Part shown: in pieces, positions 53,009-62,633 of the stretch
Layout of the letters: every line of letters begins with the position of its first letter
Position numbering within the stretch: position 1 is the stretch's first letter
Origin: Deltaproteobacteria bacterium
GTDB taxonomy: Bacteria; Myxococcota_A; UBA9160; SZUA-336
DNA length: 64,000 nucleotides
Direction of reading: 5' to 3'
NCBI GenBank assembly: GCA_029261895.1
Contig: JAJDAK010000011.1
Coordinates: 3,424 to 67,423, forward strand
The notes under the pieces: generated by a model
The model's database searches: none
What the model saw: the letters and a program-made list of their open reading frames with translations, nothing else
Told to the model about the DNA's origin: nothing
Position numbers and translations under genes: made by a program

Positions 53009-54723
53009 TTAAAAGAAATCGATTTCGACGCCTGACTTCCCGCGGTACCGGAGCCTTGATAGGTGAGCGTTCCGGATTGGACGTTCGATCCGATCAAGCG
53101 CCAGGTCCGTACCCAGCCACCAATCACATTGGATCCCTGGCAGAAAACCTTCTCGGAGCCAATCTGTTCCATTTGAATTCCATTGACGGTCATGGAATTC
53201 GACAGCGCATAACCGAATTCGAGGGTGGAGACAAAGATATTGCCACCGTGATTCCCCGCGTTAAACGCCCCGAAAGAAATTGGAACCCATTGGTTGTTGG
53301 AGATGCTTGAACCCACGGCCATGATCTCTACCTGACGTAACGTCGGCACCACAGGACACGCGGAAATTTCGGACCCTTGCGGGAACCACGAGGGATACGG
53401 ATTCCCAATCGGCAAGGTGCCGCCGCCCCCACCATTGAGGACCACGAGGTAGGTGATGTCTTGGCGCGCCTTTACCTCGGTTGAACCCGTCGAAAACCCA
53501 GACTTCGACGCGCGCATTACGTGCACGTCTACAAAATCTTGGTTGTTCCAGGAAAAGAAACCGGGAATCAGAAAACGTTCCTCGGTCAAGCCGAACGCAC
53601 CCGTTGTCGAGACGCCGAGGTTTTCGCCCATAACATTGGTCATCGTCACCGTCGCGCCGACAACCCCGGTGCGAGACGACGTTTCCACCACACCGCCAAC
53701 CGAATACCACGCGTCGAGAATCGAGTTTTCATCGGTTTCGACCGAACTCCGTTCACCGACGATCGGATCGAGCACACGAGGCATGTAGAGACCCACGGTA
53801 CGATTGACCGCGACCGATATCCCCTCAGGCAATGCGTCCGCAGTTGCCAGGACATGACGAAAATCCGTTCCACAGCGAATGCTGCCGGAATCAAACACGT
53901 TATCCCAGGTATTGCGTAGCTCGATGCACGGGCCGACGGCAGCATCGAAGTCCACGCGGCTGAAGTGATTGGCGACCGGATACCCCACTACGCCGGGTGC
54001 TACCTCGGTCGCAGCGATCAAGAGCTGCCCCATTTCATCGCGATAAAATCGATTTTCAAACGCATTGCCCGCGATCAGCGTGAGATCGCGAAGCTGATTA
54101 CTATGGAGCCGGGCGCCTTCGGTACTGTCCAATACCAACCCGATCATCGCGCCCTCAGAACTGACCGAACTCACCTTGGCCTTCTGCGAACCGTCCAAGA
54201 AAATGTTTATGACCCTGTTGTTGGAGAATTCGGAGCGTTGAAGATCCAATCGCGTCACGGCCGGATCGGCATAGAGACCGATATTGGTATTGTCGTGGAC
54301 GTTGATTCCCCTGATCCGCGCACGTTTGGTGGCGCCGTAGATTTCGATGCCGTTCTGGTTTCCCGAAAGCTCGGTATCCCTCAACGTAATCGACCGAACG
54401 TTGGCGAAGAGTAGACCGGTTTGAAAGCGTTCGACTTTCACGTCGCGGACATAGCCACGTTTCTGGTCCTCCACGAGGATACCGATCGTACCCGCCTCAC
54501 CGTTACCGCTGACGCGGAAGCCGCGTCCATCCAAATACGCGCGCGCGGCGATCTTCAACGCGTAGGGAGTGGAACAGGGACCTAGGTTCTTGGTGAGGCG
54601 CGCGCGGCGCACCACGGTATCGCCGCATTCGCAGCTCACCCTGCCACCGCAGTCACCGGCGAATACGCCGTCTGCGAGCGGGCTCAAACCCAGTACCAGC
54701 AACAAGAAAAGGCTGCGCATCAT
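53005..54723 (-). CDS. Secreted right-handed parallel beta-helix repeat protein
   Basis: 572 aa. Signal peptide. Repeats of the type NxIxxNxxxGIxI. No catalytic assignment. Confidence 0.55.
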   Translation of the reverse strand: MMRSLFLLLVLGLSPLADGVFAGDCGGRVSCECGDTVVRRARLTKNLGPCSTPYALKIAARAYLDGRGFRVSGNGEAGTIGILVEDQKRGYVRDVKVERFQTGLLFANVRSITLRDTELSGNQNGIEIYGATKRARIRGINVHDNTNIGLYADPAVTRLDLQRSEFSNNRVINIFLDGSQKAKVSSVSSEGAMIGLVLDSTEGARLHSNQLRDLTLIAGNAFENRFYRDEMGQLLIAATEVAPGVVGYPVANHFSRVDFDAAVGPCIELRNTWDNVFDSGSIRCGTDFRHVLATADALPEGISVAVNRTVGLYMPRVLDPIVGERSSVETDENSILDAWYSVGGVVETSSRTGVVGATVTMTNVMGENLGVSTTGAFGLTEERFLIPGFFSWNNQDFVDVHVMRASKSGFSTGSTEVKARQDITYLVVLNGGGGGTLPIGNPYPSWFPQGSEISACPVVPTLRQVEIMAVGSSISNNQWVPISFGAFNAGNHGGNIFVSTLEFGYALSNSMTVNGIQMEQIGSEKVFCQGSNVIGGWVRTWRLIGSNVQSGTLTYQGSGTAGSQASKSISFN

Positions 54724-54886
54724 TCAACTCCAAAGACCGTAACCGTATGTGGATGGATGCATGATACAGGCCGAAAGAGATGAGTCTATCACGAGTCGGC
54801 AAGCGAAGAGCAGGTGGGTACCGATCTGGAGCCTCGCACTGGCGAAATTACTTCCCTGGGCCTACCCCCGCGCGTAGTATCGGAGC

Positions 54887-56143
54887 ATGCAATCAGCCAT
54901 TCCTAAATCGATTGATGTCATCAACGCTGCCCAATATGGGCAGACGGGTTACCCGCATGATGAATGGACTCGGATGCGGCGCGAATCGCCGGTTCACTAT
55001 TGTGAGCCTCCGGGTTACAAGCCTTTTTGGGCGATCACCAAGCACGCCGACATCACAGAGATTTCAAAGCAGCCTGAAAAATTTCGCAGCTTCGGGCGCT
55101 TCATTCTGTTTCCAGAGGCCATGGGCGAGGCAGAGCAACTGACTGAAAATCCACCGCTGCGCATGCTCGTCAACATGGATCCGCCCGAACACCGCGACTA
55201 TCGCAAGCTCGTGAGCCATTGGTTCACACCGCGAGCCATCGGAAACTTGAAACCGCGACTCGAGGAAATCACCGCGGAGATTTTTGACGACCTGGCAAGA
55301 GACGGTAGTACCTATGAATGCGATTTTGTTTACGAGATCGCGGTCAAGCAACCCCTCCGCATGATCACCGAACTACTTGGCATTCCCCGCAACGACGAGG
55401 ATTTTGTACTTCGTATCACCAACGAGAATTTCGGTCAGGAGGATCCAGAATTCCAACGCAAAGGTGAAACGCCGGAAGAGCGCCTTGGTTTTCTACAGGA
55501 GGCGTTTGGGTACCTGGCGAAAATCACTGAAGAGCGTCGACTCCAACCTCGGAACGATCTTACAACCGTGCTCGCAAATGCGACGTTCGACGGGGAACCC
55601 GTGCCGCAGTTTGAACTTTTCTCACTGTATTTTTTGATTATGGTCGCCGGACACGATACGACACGAAACGCCATCTCCCATGGCATGCAAGCGCTCTTCG
55701 AACATCCGGATCAACTCCATGAGCTGCTGGAAAATCCCGGGCTTGCTGGTACCGCGGCAGATGAGATCGTGCGTTGGACCACACCGGTCAATCATTTCGC
55801 ACGAACCGCCACTGCCGATTACGAACTACGCGGACAGAAAATTCGCGAAGGCGATTCAGTGGCGCTCTTTTATGCATCAGCCAATCGAGACGAAGAGGTT
55901 TTCGAAGATCCGTTCGCGTTCCGTCTTGACCGATCACCGAATCCCCATCTTGGCTTTGGCATTGGGGAACATTTCTGCCTCGGCGCGCATTTGGCTCGAA
56001 TCGACCTTCAGGTATTCTTTCGGCAATTCGCAGAGCGCGTCGAGTCGATCGAGCTCGCGGGACCGATCGAACAGTTACAGTCGAGCTTCGTTTGCGGACC
56101 CAAGCGGCTGCCCGTGCGCTACCGCTTCAAGCCGAGAGTGTAA
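54887..56143 (+). CDS. Cytochrome P450 monooxygenase
   Basis: 418 aa. FGIGEHFCLGAHLA. Confidence 0.85.
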   Translation: MQSAIPKSIDVINAAQYGQTGYPHDEWTRMRRESPVHYCEPPGYKPFWAITKHADITEISKQPEKFRSFGRFILFPEAMGEAEQLTENPPLRMLVNMDPPEHRDYRKLVSHWFTPRAIGNLKPRLEEITAEIFDDLARDGSTYECDFVYEIAVKQPLRMITELLGIPRNDEDFVLRITNENFGQEDPEFQRKGETPEERLGFLQEAFGYLAKITEERRLQPRNDLTTVLANATFDGEPVPQFELFSLYFLIMVAGHDTTRNAISHGMQALFEHPDQLHELLENPGLAGTAADEIVRWTTPVNHFARTATADYELRGQKIREGDSVALFYASANRDEEVFEDPFAFRLDRSPNPHLGFGIGEHFCLGAHLARIDLQVFFRQFAERVESIELAGPIEQLQSSFVCGPKRLPVRYRFKPRV

Positions 56144-56148
56144 TTTCG

Positions 56149-56949
56149 ATGATCGAAACACCCCATCAGCCATCGGCCGAACTTCATTCCATCGGCACCT
56201 ACGTTCGACTCGTATCCACGCCCCTGGATCGCGTGTTTGAGAATGCGTACGACTGGGAGCACCTGCCCTGGCTCCATGCCCAGGACTTTGCATCGATCTC
56301 ACTTCACGAGAGCGGTCCCTGGGGTTGGCGCGCGCAAATCGGACTGCGACCCGACAGCCGAGGCACACTCGATTTAGAACTTCTCGTCAATCGAGAACAT
56401 TCGTGTTGGGTGTCACGCCCGTGCGGCGGCGAAAGTATGGGCGAAGTATGGACCTATGCGAAAGCCTCGAGTCCGACGGAAACACGCTTGGAGATCAGTT
56501 TTCACGTACCCGTCAAACTCCTGCCCGCAAAAGAGATCCTTTTCGAACAGTATCAGGCGCTGTATCGGCGACTTTGGAATCAAGACGAAGAGATGGCTTG
56601 GCTTCGCGAACGACGTTCATCACGACCACCGTCCGCTGCAACAGAGTTGGATCTTGGATCGGTGAAATCGGTCCGCGCGAGCCTGCCCCTGCAAGTTGAG
56701 TTCGGCGGCCGCCCTTTCCGCCTGGTAGACCTCGACGGCGAACTGGTCGTGCATTCCGCGACCTGTCCGCATTGGTTGGGCCCGTTACAGAATGCCAGTG
56801 TTGTGGACGGCTGCGTGACCTGCCCATGGCATGGCTATCGATTCGATATTCGTACGGGCGAGAACGTGGAAGGACGGAAACTCAAACTTGCGAAAGCGCC
56901 CGCGGTCATCATCGAAGATCATCGCGTGCTGCTTCGAAGTACGGACTAA
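56149..56949 (+). CDS. Rieske [2Fe-2S] protein with inverted domain order: N-terminal SRPBCC/oxygenase-catalytic-like domain, C-terminal Rieske domain
   Basis: ORF track 56092..56949. The ATG at 56149 is 6 nt after the P450 stop. The C-terminus has CPHWLGPL...CPWHGYRF. The N-terminus has ENAYDWEHLPWLH, a D-x2-H-x4-H pattern. Confidence 0.6.
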   Translation: MIETPHQPSAELHSIGTYVRLVSTPLDRVFENAYDWEHLPWLHAQDFASISLHESGPWGWRAQIGLRPDSRGTLDLELLVNREHSCWVSRPCGGESMGEVWTYAKASSPTETRLEISFHVPVKLLPAKEILFEQYQALYRRLWNQDEEMAWLRERRSSRPPSAATELDLGSVKSVRASLPLQVEFGGRPFRLVDLDGELVVHSATCPHWLGPLQNASVVDGCVTCPWHGYRFDIRTGENVEGRKLKLAKAPAVIIEDHRVLLRSTD

Positions 56950-57422
56950 AAACGCCGACGCAGGAAGTACCCGATCGGCAAAGCGAGCAACATCGCTGCC
57001 ATCGACAACGCGACCGGGTGATCAAATCGGGCCAAATGACCCGCGATCGCCGCTCCGCCGAATGCCGCGAGCCCGAGTGGCAGTACGCAGAAAAGAAACA
57101 CACTCAGCCCCAACCCGAGACCACCGGCTTTCAGCGCGGACTTGATGCGACTCGGCGCCACGCCATCCACACTGAGACTCAGCGTAGACGGGCCCTCCGA
57201 TAGATCCCAGTCAAGACCGCTGCAACACTGGCGCTCGAACTCCACAAGTTCTTCCAGCTTACGCTGCAACTCCGGGTTGCGCTCAAAGGTCCACGTACAA
57301 CCATTTGCGCGCTCGTCCTTCCCCGTTGCGAGCGGAAGCAACTCGCTGCGGATCATTTTGATTCGTTCCTGGAGCTCATCCTCCGGAAGATTGCAGAAAT
57401 CAGTGGACTGGCAGTTTCCCAT
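56946..57422 (-). CDS. Hypothetical Cys-containing protein with a C-terminal membrane anchor
   Basis: 158 aa. No family recognised. Confidence 0.35.
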   Translation of the reverse strand: MGNCQSTDFCNLPEDELQERIKMIRSELLPLATGKDERANGCTWTFERNPELQRKLEELVEFERQCCSGLDWDLSEGPSTLSLSVDGVAPSRIKSALKAGGLGLGLSVFLFCVLPLGLAAFGGAAIAGHLARFDHPVALSMAAMLLALPIGYFLRRRF

Positions 57423-57556
57423 GTCATCGATCCTTTCGGCAGAATGATGCGCTGAAGATAGCGCTTCAAGTTAACTTTAAGTCAATAGGTAGATTGCGTC
57501 GCCAGCGCGCTGGTGATAAGAGGGGAAGGTATCGCTCCCCAAGCCAAGGAGAAAAC

Positions 57557-59053
57557 ATGGCCGCGCCTCAAATCCTCGAACCCGTTCAAGATTTTCTAAA
57601 CCAATCTCAAACGTTGCTCATCGATGGCAAATGGGTTGCGCCCGCGAACGGCGAGACTTTCGTGGTGGAAAACCCCGCCACCGAGGCCCATATCGCGACG
57701 GTCGCCCGTGGCGGGCCCGCGGATGTCGAGCGCGCCGTCACAGCCGCGCGCCGGGCGCTTGAGACAGGTCCTTGGCTACGTCTCAACCCCAACGAACGCG
57801 GCAAAATGCTTTGGCGCCTGGCGGATTTGATTGAACAGCATAGCGAGGAATTCGCTCAGCTCGAAAGCCTCGACAACGGCAAACCCCTGACCATGGCGCG
57901 TGCCGCCGACGTCGCTCTTACGATTGATCACTTCCGCTACTACGCAGGTTGGGCGACCAAAATTGAGGGAGAAACCATCCCGATCAATTCGCCAACCGGC
58001 GGCATGTTTCTCGATTACACCTTACGCGAACCCGTTGGAGTCGTTGGCCAGATCATCCCCTGGAACTTCCCACTGCTGATGGCCGCGTGGAAACTCGGTG
58101 CAGCGCTCGCGTGTGGTAACACCGTGGTGTTGAAGCCCGCCGAGCAAACACCACTCACAGCGATCCGCCTGGGGCAGATGATCTGTGAGGCGGGTTTCCC
58201 CGATGGCGTGGTCAACGTGGTCACGGGATTCGGCGACGCCGGGGCCGCATTGGCGCAACACCCCGGCGTAGACAAGGTGGCGTTCACGGGCAGTACTGAA
58301 GTTGGACACGAAATTGTTCGCGCTTCGGCAGGCAACCTGAAGCGCGTCTCACTTGAACTCGGCGGCAAGAGCCCCGCGATCGTTTTCGATGACGCCGATC
58401 TCGAACTCGCCGCAGCTGGCGTGGCGGGAGCGATCTTCTTCAACCACGGTCAATGTTGCGCGGCCGGGTCTCGCCTCTTTGCGGGACCGAAAATTCGTGA
58501 AGAGTTGATCGAACGCGTACGCAAGATCGCGGCGGATACTCGACTCGGTGATGGCTTCGACCCCTCAACCGATATGGGCCCGCTGGTCTCACGCGACCAA
58601 TACAATCGAGTCACCGACTACATCCGGTCAGGAACCGAACAAGGCGCAGCCGTGATTCACGGCGGCGACGCGCGCCCGAAGTCGCTCGAAAAAGGACATT
58701 TCGTGAAGCCCACGATCTTCGGAAGCGTCACCAATGAGATGCGCATCGTCCGCGAAGAAATTTTTGGGCCGGTGGTTTGCGTGCAGGACTTCGAAGACCT
58801 GGATGAGGTCATAGGCCGTGGCAACGATACGCCCTACGGTCTTGCGGCAAGCGTCTGGACCCGCGATATCAACAAAGCGCATCGCGTGGCCGCAGGCTTG
58901 AAAGCGGGAACCGTGTGGATCAACTGCCACAACGTGTTCGACGCTGCAGCACCTTTTGGCGGCTATAAGAAGAGTGGGTACGGACGCGAGATGGGTCGGC
59001 ACGCGCTCGAACTCTACACCCAAACCAAGAACGTGGTCGTCAATCTGGGTTAG
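57557..59053 (+). CDS. NAD(P)-dependent aldehyde dehydrogenase
   Basis: ORF track 57494..59053. The ATG at 57557 has an AAGGAG site 5 nt upstream. ALDH motifs include ELGGKSP and a catalytic Cys region FFNHGQCCAAGSR. Confidence 0.85.
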   Translation: MAAPQILEPVQDFLNQSQTLLIDGKWVAPANGETFVVENPATEAHIATVARGGPADVERAVTAARRALETGPWLRLNPNERGKMLWRLADLIEQHSEEFAQLESLDNGKPLTMARAADVALTIDHFRYYAGWATKIEGETIPINSPTGGMFLDYTLREPVGVVGQIIPWNFPLLMAAWKLGAALACGNTVVLKPAEQTPLTAIRLGQMICEAGFPDGVVNVVTGFGDAGAALAQHPGVDKVAFTGSTEVGHEIVRASAGNLKRVSLELGGKSPAIVFDDADLELAAAGVAGAIFFNHGQCCAAGSRLFAGPKIREELIERVRKIAADTRLGDGFDPSTDMGPLVSRDQYNRVTDYIRSGTEQGAAVIHGGDARPKSLEKGHFVKPTIFGSVTNEMRIVREEIFGPVVCVQDFEDLDEVIGRGNDTPYGLAASVWTRDINKAHRVAAGLKAGTVWINCHNVFDAAAPFGGYKKSGYGREMGRHALELYTQTKNVVVNLG

Positions 59054-59054
59054 T

Positions 59055-60560
59055 TTGAAACTGCACTGGCTCGATGGCGCGCTGCTCCTTGCTTATTTCG
59101 GCGGGATCGCGGCACTCGGATTATTCTTCGCCAAGAAAAACCAAGATACCGAGGAGTATTTTCTTGGAGGTCGAGGTTTTTCTGGCTGGGTGATCGGCCT
59201 CAGCATGGTCGGAACCGCGATCAGTTCGATCACGTTTCTATCGATGCCCGCCGATTCTTTTAAAACCTATTGGTTACGCTTTCTCCCCTACGCCTTCGTG
59301 CCGATCGCCGCACTGTTCGCCATCGTGTTCTTCATCCCCCTCTTTCGGGCGCAGCGCATCACATCCGCCTACGAGTACTTAGAAACGCGTTTCGGCCCAT
59401 CGATTCGGACCTATGGTGCGGCGACATACATCGTCGCGCAGTTGCTCCGGATTAGCCTGGTGCTCTACCTCGTCGCCCTGCTCCTCCACCGGCTCACGGG
59501 CCTTGATCAAACGCTCTGCATCGTGATCGCGGGTGCTTTCGTGGGGCTGTATACGGTGGTGGGCGGGATCGATGCAGTGATCTGGACAGACGTGATCCAG
59601 ACCGTCGTTCTCGCGTCGGGCAGCCTGCTCTGTCTCGCCGTCATCATCTACAAATTACCAGGAGGGCTTTCGCAGATCTTCGAGGTCGCGAACGCGCACT
59701 CAAAGTTCGCGCTCGCAAGCTTGGTCGACGGCAAACCCTTGCCGATGTCCTGGGGACTCAACCTCGGGGAGAAAACCATTCCCTTGATGGTGATGATGAG
59801 CGCGACGTTTTTTTTGACCGAATACGCGACGGCCCAGCATTTCGTGCAGCGCTATTGCGCAGCGCGCAGTACCCGCGAGGCGCGAAAGGCGATGCTTGTG
59901 CAAGTCGCCATCGCGATGCCCATTTGGTTGTTCTACATGTTCCTCGGTACCGCGCTCTTCGTTTTCTTCCATGTCTTTCCTGCGACCGAAGCCAGCGAGA
60001 TGCTCAACGGCACGCGACGCGCCGAAGGCATCGTGCCCTTCTTTGTGCTCAACCACTTGCCCCCAGGAATCGCTGGATTGGTGATTGCCGCAGCGCTCGC
60101 CGCCGGCATGTCGTCACTCGATTCAAGCATCAACGCGGTTGCGACCGTTGCGGTCGTAGACATCTACAAGCGTCATTGGGCTAAGGACCGAGAAGATCGT
60201 CACTACCTTCGCGTCGCTTGGGTTGTCGCTGCTGCCGCTTCCGTTCTCATGTTGATCGGGGCGTCACTCCTGCTTCACGCGGAAAGCACCACGCTTCAAG
60301 ACACCTCGATCAAATTGACTTCACTCGTTGGCGGCGGCATTCTCGGCGTCTTTCTCTTGGGATTTTTCACACGCGTCGGCGATACGCGCGCGGTTTGGTG
60401 CGGCATTCTCTGCACGCTGGGCTTTACACTCTGGACGATGTTCGGAAGCGTGCCGTTCGACAGCTACTACACCGCCACAATCGGCAATCTACTCATGTTC
60501 GCCATCGGTGCAATCCTGGGGACGGTCCTTAAAAAGTTGCAGAAATCTGCAACTTTTTAA
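59055..60560 (+). CDS. Sodium:solute symporter family transporter
   Basis: ORF track 58956..60560. A TTG start at about 59055 begins right after the ALDH stop. 12-13 TM segments. Confidence 0.65.
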   Translation: MKLHWLDGALLLAYFGGIAALGLFFAKKNQDTEEYFLGGRGFSGWVIGLSMVGTAISSITFLSMPADSFKTYWLRFLPYAFVPIAALFAIVFFIPLFRAQRITSAYEYLETRFGPSIRTYGAATYIVAQLLRISLVLYLVALLLHRLTGLDQTLCIVIAGAFVGLYTVVGGIDAVIWTDVIQTVVLASGSLLCLAVIIYKLPGGLSQIFEVANAHSKFALASLVDGKPLPMSWGLNLGEKTIPLMVMMSATFFLTEYATAQHFVQRYCAARSTREARKAMLVQVAIAMPIWLFYMFLGTALFVFFHVFPATEASEMLNGTRRAEGIVPFFVLNHLPPGIAGLVIAAALAAGMSSLDSSINAVATVAVVDIYKRHWAKDREDRHYLRVAWVVAAAASVLMLIGASLLLHAESTTLQDTSIKLTSLVGGGILGVFLLGFFTRVGDTRAVWCGILCTLGFTLWTMFGSVPFDSYYTATIGNLLMFAIGAILGTVLKKLQKSATF

Positions 60561-62341
60561 GGACCGTCCCCGCGAATGAGCTTTCCGGGCAAGAAACCCG
60601 TCGGTTCGCCGTTTTCATAGATCACGTGGCCTGAAACCAGGGTGTAGTCATAGCCCCGGGCGCCTTGAAAAAGTCTGCGACCCCCTGCGGGTAGATCAAA
60701 GATCATTTCGGGACGAGTCAGATCGAGGCGCTCAAAGTCAATCACGTTGACGTCAGCCTTCATTCCCGGCGCAAGTAGGCCGCGATCCCAGAGCCCGTAT
60801 TGTTCGGCGGTATCGCGGGTTTGTCGACGCACAATGAATTCCAACGGTAGGCGTTCACCGCGTTTTCGATCACGCACCCAGTGCATCAACATGAACGTGG
60901 GTGTACTCCCATCACAGATGGCGCCACAGTGCGCACCACCATCAGCGAGGCTCAGTCCGGTCTGCGGATGTTTCATGGTTTCGAGAATTGCGTCGAAGTT
61001 CCCTTGCGCGTAGCCAAAAAGCGGAAAGTAGAGGAACCCCTTGCCGTCCTGATCGAGCATGGCGTCATAAACCAGCTCAGCGGGGCTGCGACCACTGCTT
61101 TCGCAAAGCCCAGCAATCGACTTCGATGCGTCGGGCTCATAGTCGTGCTCACCACGCATCGGAAACATCTTATGTGTACTCGCAACCAGGAACTCGAGAA
61201 AGATCGGGGGAATCGGCGGGTCCTCGGGGAGGCCGTCGGTTCTGAGCTTGCCACCATCAATGAGCCGAGCGCGCACCTCTGGCCGTCGGAGTTGCGCGAG
61301 TCTTTGCTGGAACGGCAACTCCGCAAGCTTGGCGTATTCGGGGTGCCCGATAAACGGGTGAACCGTCGTCTGCCAACCCATCAAGACGCCAACCGGCCGA
61401 CCTGAAAATTGACCACGCAACTGCGTAATGCCTTCGGCCCGTGCTTCATCGAGCAAGCGCAGCCCCTCCTTATAAAGTTCCGGCGCTTCATCGATCTGCT
61501 GCAAATTAAACGTGACGACACGCCCTGTTTCGCGCGCGAGATCCTTCATCCACTTCATCTCGTTCGGAACTTCACGATGTGTGACGCTCATTTGGAACAC
61601 GCCGGCTTCCAATTCGCCTAAGACACGACCGATGCCAAAGAGCTCCTCACGGTTCGCGAAGGTTCCCGGCACAGCGTCGCCTGTAAGCGTGCGATGGAGT
61701 TCCGTACGGGATGTTGAAAATCCGAGTGCACCGGCACGAATGCTTTCCCGCACAATCTCACGCATCGCCTCGATATCTTCCCCCGTGGCATCCTCATTGC
61801 GCACGCCGCGATCACCCATGACGTAGGTACGCAGTGCGCAATGCGGGACCTGCAGCCCATAATCGATCGCATGCAGGCGACGCTCGAGCGCATCCATGTA
61901 CTCGGGGAAACTCTCCCACTCCCACTCGATGCCTTCGTGCATCGCGGAACCGGGAATATCTTCAACCGCTTCCATCAGGTCGATCAGGTCGCCGCGCTGC
62001 GCCTCGTGAACCGGCGCGAAACCAACGCCGCAATTTCCCATCACGACAGTCGTTACACCGTGGTTCGATGACGGTGTGAGGTAAGGATCCCACGTCGCTT
62101 GTGCATCGTAGTGTGTGTGAATGTCGACCCACCCGGGCGTAACAAGTTTGCCCTGAGCATCAATTTCCCGGGCACCCGAACCTACATCTGTACCAACCGC
62201 GTCGATTTTGCCCTTGGAAATACCAAGATCAGCTTCGAAGGGGGCCGCCCCACTACCATCGACCACCGTCCCGCCACGTATCACGACATCATACTGACTC
62301 ACGGAAACCTCCTGATCGGCACATCCTATCAAACCCAGCAC
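60557..62341 (-). CDS. D-aminoacylase / N-acyl-D-amino-acid deacylase family amidohydrolase
   Basis: 594 aa. GTG start. YDVVIRGGTVVDGSG...VDIHTHYD. Confidence 0.8.
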   Translation of the reverse strand: MLGLIGCADQEVSVSQYDVVIRGGTVVDGSGAAPFEADLGISKGKIDAVGTDVGSGAREIDAQGKLVTPGWVDIHTHYDAQATWDPYLTPSSNHGVTTVVMGNCGVGFAPVHEAQRGDLIDLMEAVEDIPGSAMHEGIEWEWESFPEYMDALERRLHAIDYGLQVPHCALRTYVMGDRGVRNEDATGEDIEAMREIVRESIRAGALGFSTSRTELHRTLTGDAVPGTFANREELFGIGRVLGELEAGVFQMSVTHREVPNEMKWMKDLARETGRVVTFNLQQIDEAPELYKEGLRLLDEARAEGITQLRGQFSGRPVGVLMGWQTTVHPFIGHPEYAKLAELPFQQRLAQLRRPEVRARLIDGGKLRTDGLPEDPPIPPIFLEFLVASTHKMFPMRGEHDYEPDASKSIAGLCESSGRSPAELVYDAMLDQDGKGFLYFPLFGYAQGNFDAILETMKHPQTGLSLADGGAHCGAICDGSTPTFMLMHWVRDRKRGERLPLEFIVRRQTRDTAEQYGLWDRGLLAPGMKADVNVIDFERLDLTRPEMIFDLPAGGRRLFQGARGYDYTLVSGHVIYENGEPTGFLPGKLIRGDGP

Positions 62342-62573
62342 ATGCCACGCTGGATCCTCACCGACGTTCTATGCACATGGGCAGCCCGTCCTTCGGGCGG
62401 ATGCACTGGCGTGCGCCGCCACCAAAGGGGAATACGCGAAGCGCGCTCGAAAAAGTTTCGCTTTGTGCTCGACCCAGGGCAAGTCAGTCATATAACCGAT
62501 GACCTCCCCGGTCCGTCTACCCCCTGCACGCTGGTACTGCTAAAAGCCGACCTCTATGACTTCAGCTCTAGCC

Positions 62574-62605
62574 TTGACTCTGTAGTAAGGTACAGGGTCT
62601 ACAGT
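62574..62605 (+). promoter_or_regulatory. Candidate MerR-type promoter: TTGACT, 20-bp spacer, TACAGT, with an imperfect dyad across the spacer
   Basis: Read directly from the sequence. The over-long 20-bp spacer is typical of MerR-family promoters. It lies about 30 nt upstream of the merR-like start. Confidence 0.35.
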
Positions 62606-62633
62606 ATCAGCATTGGAGATCGCGGTGGAATCC

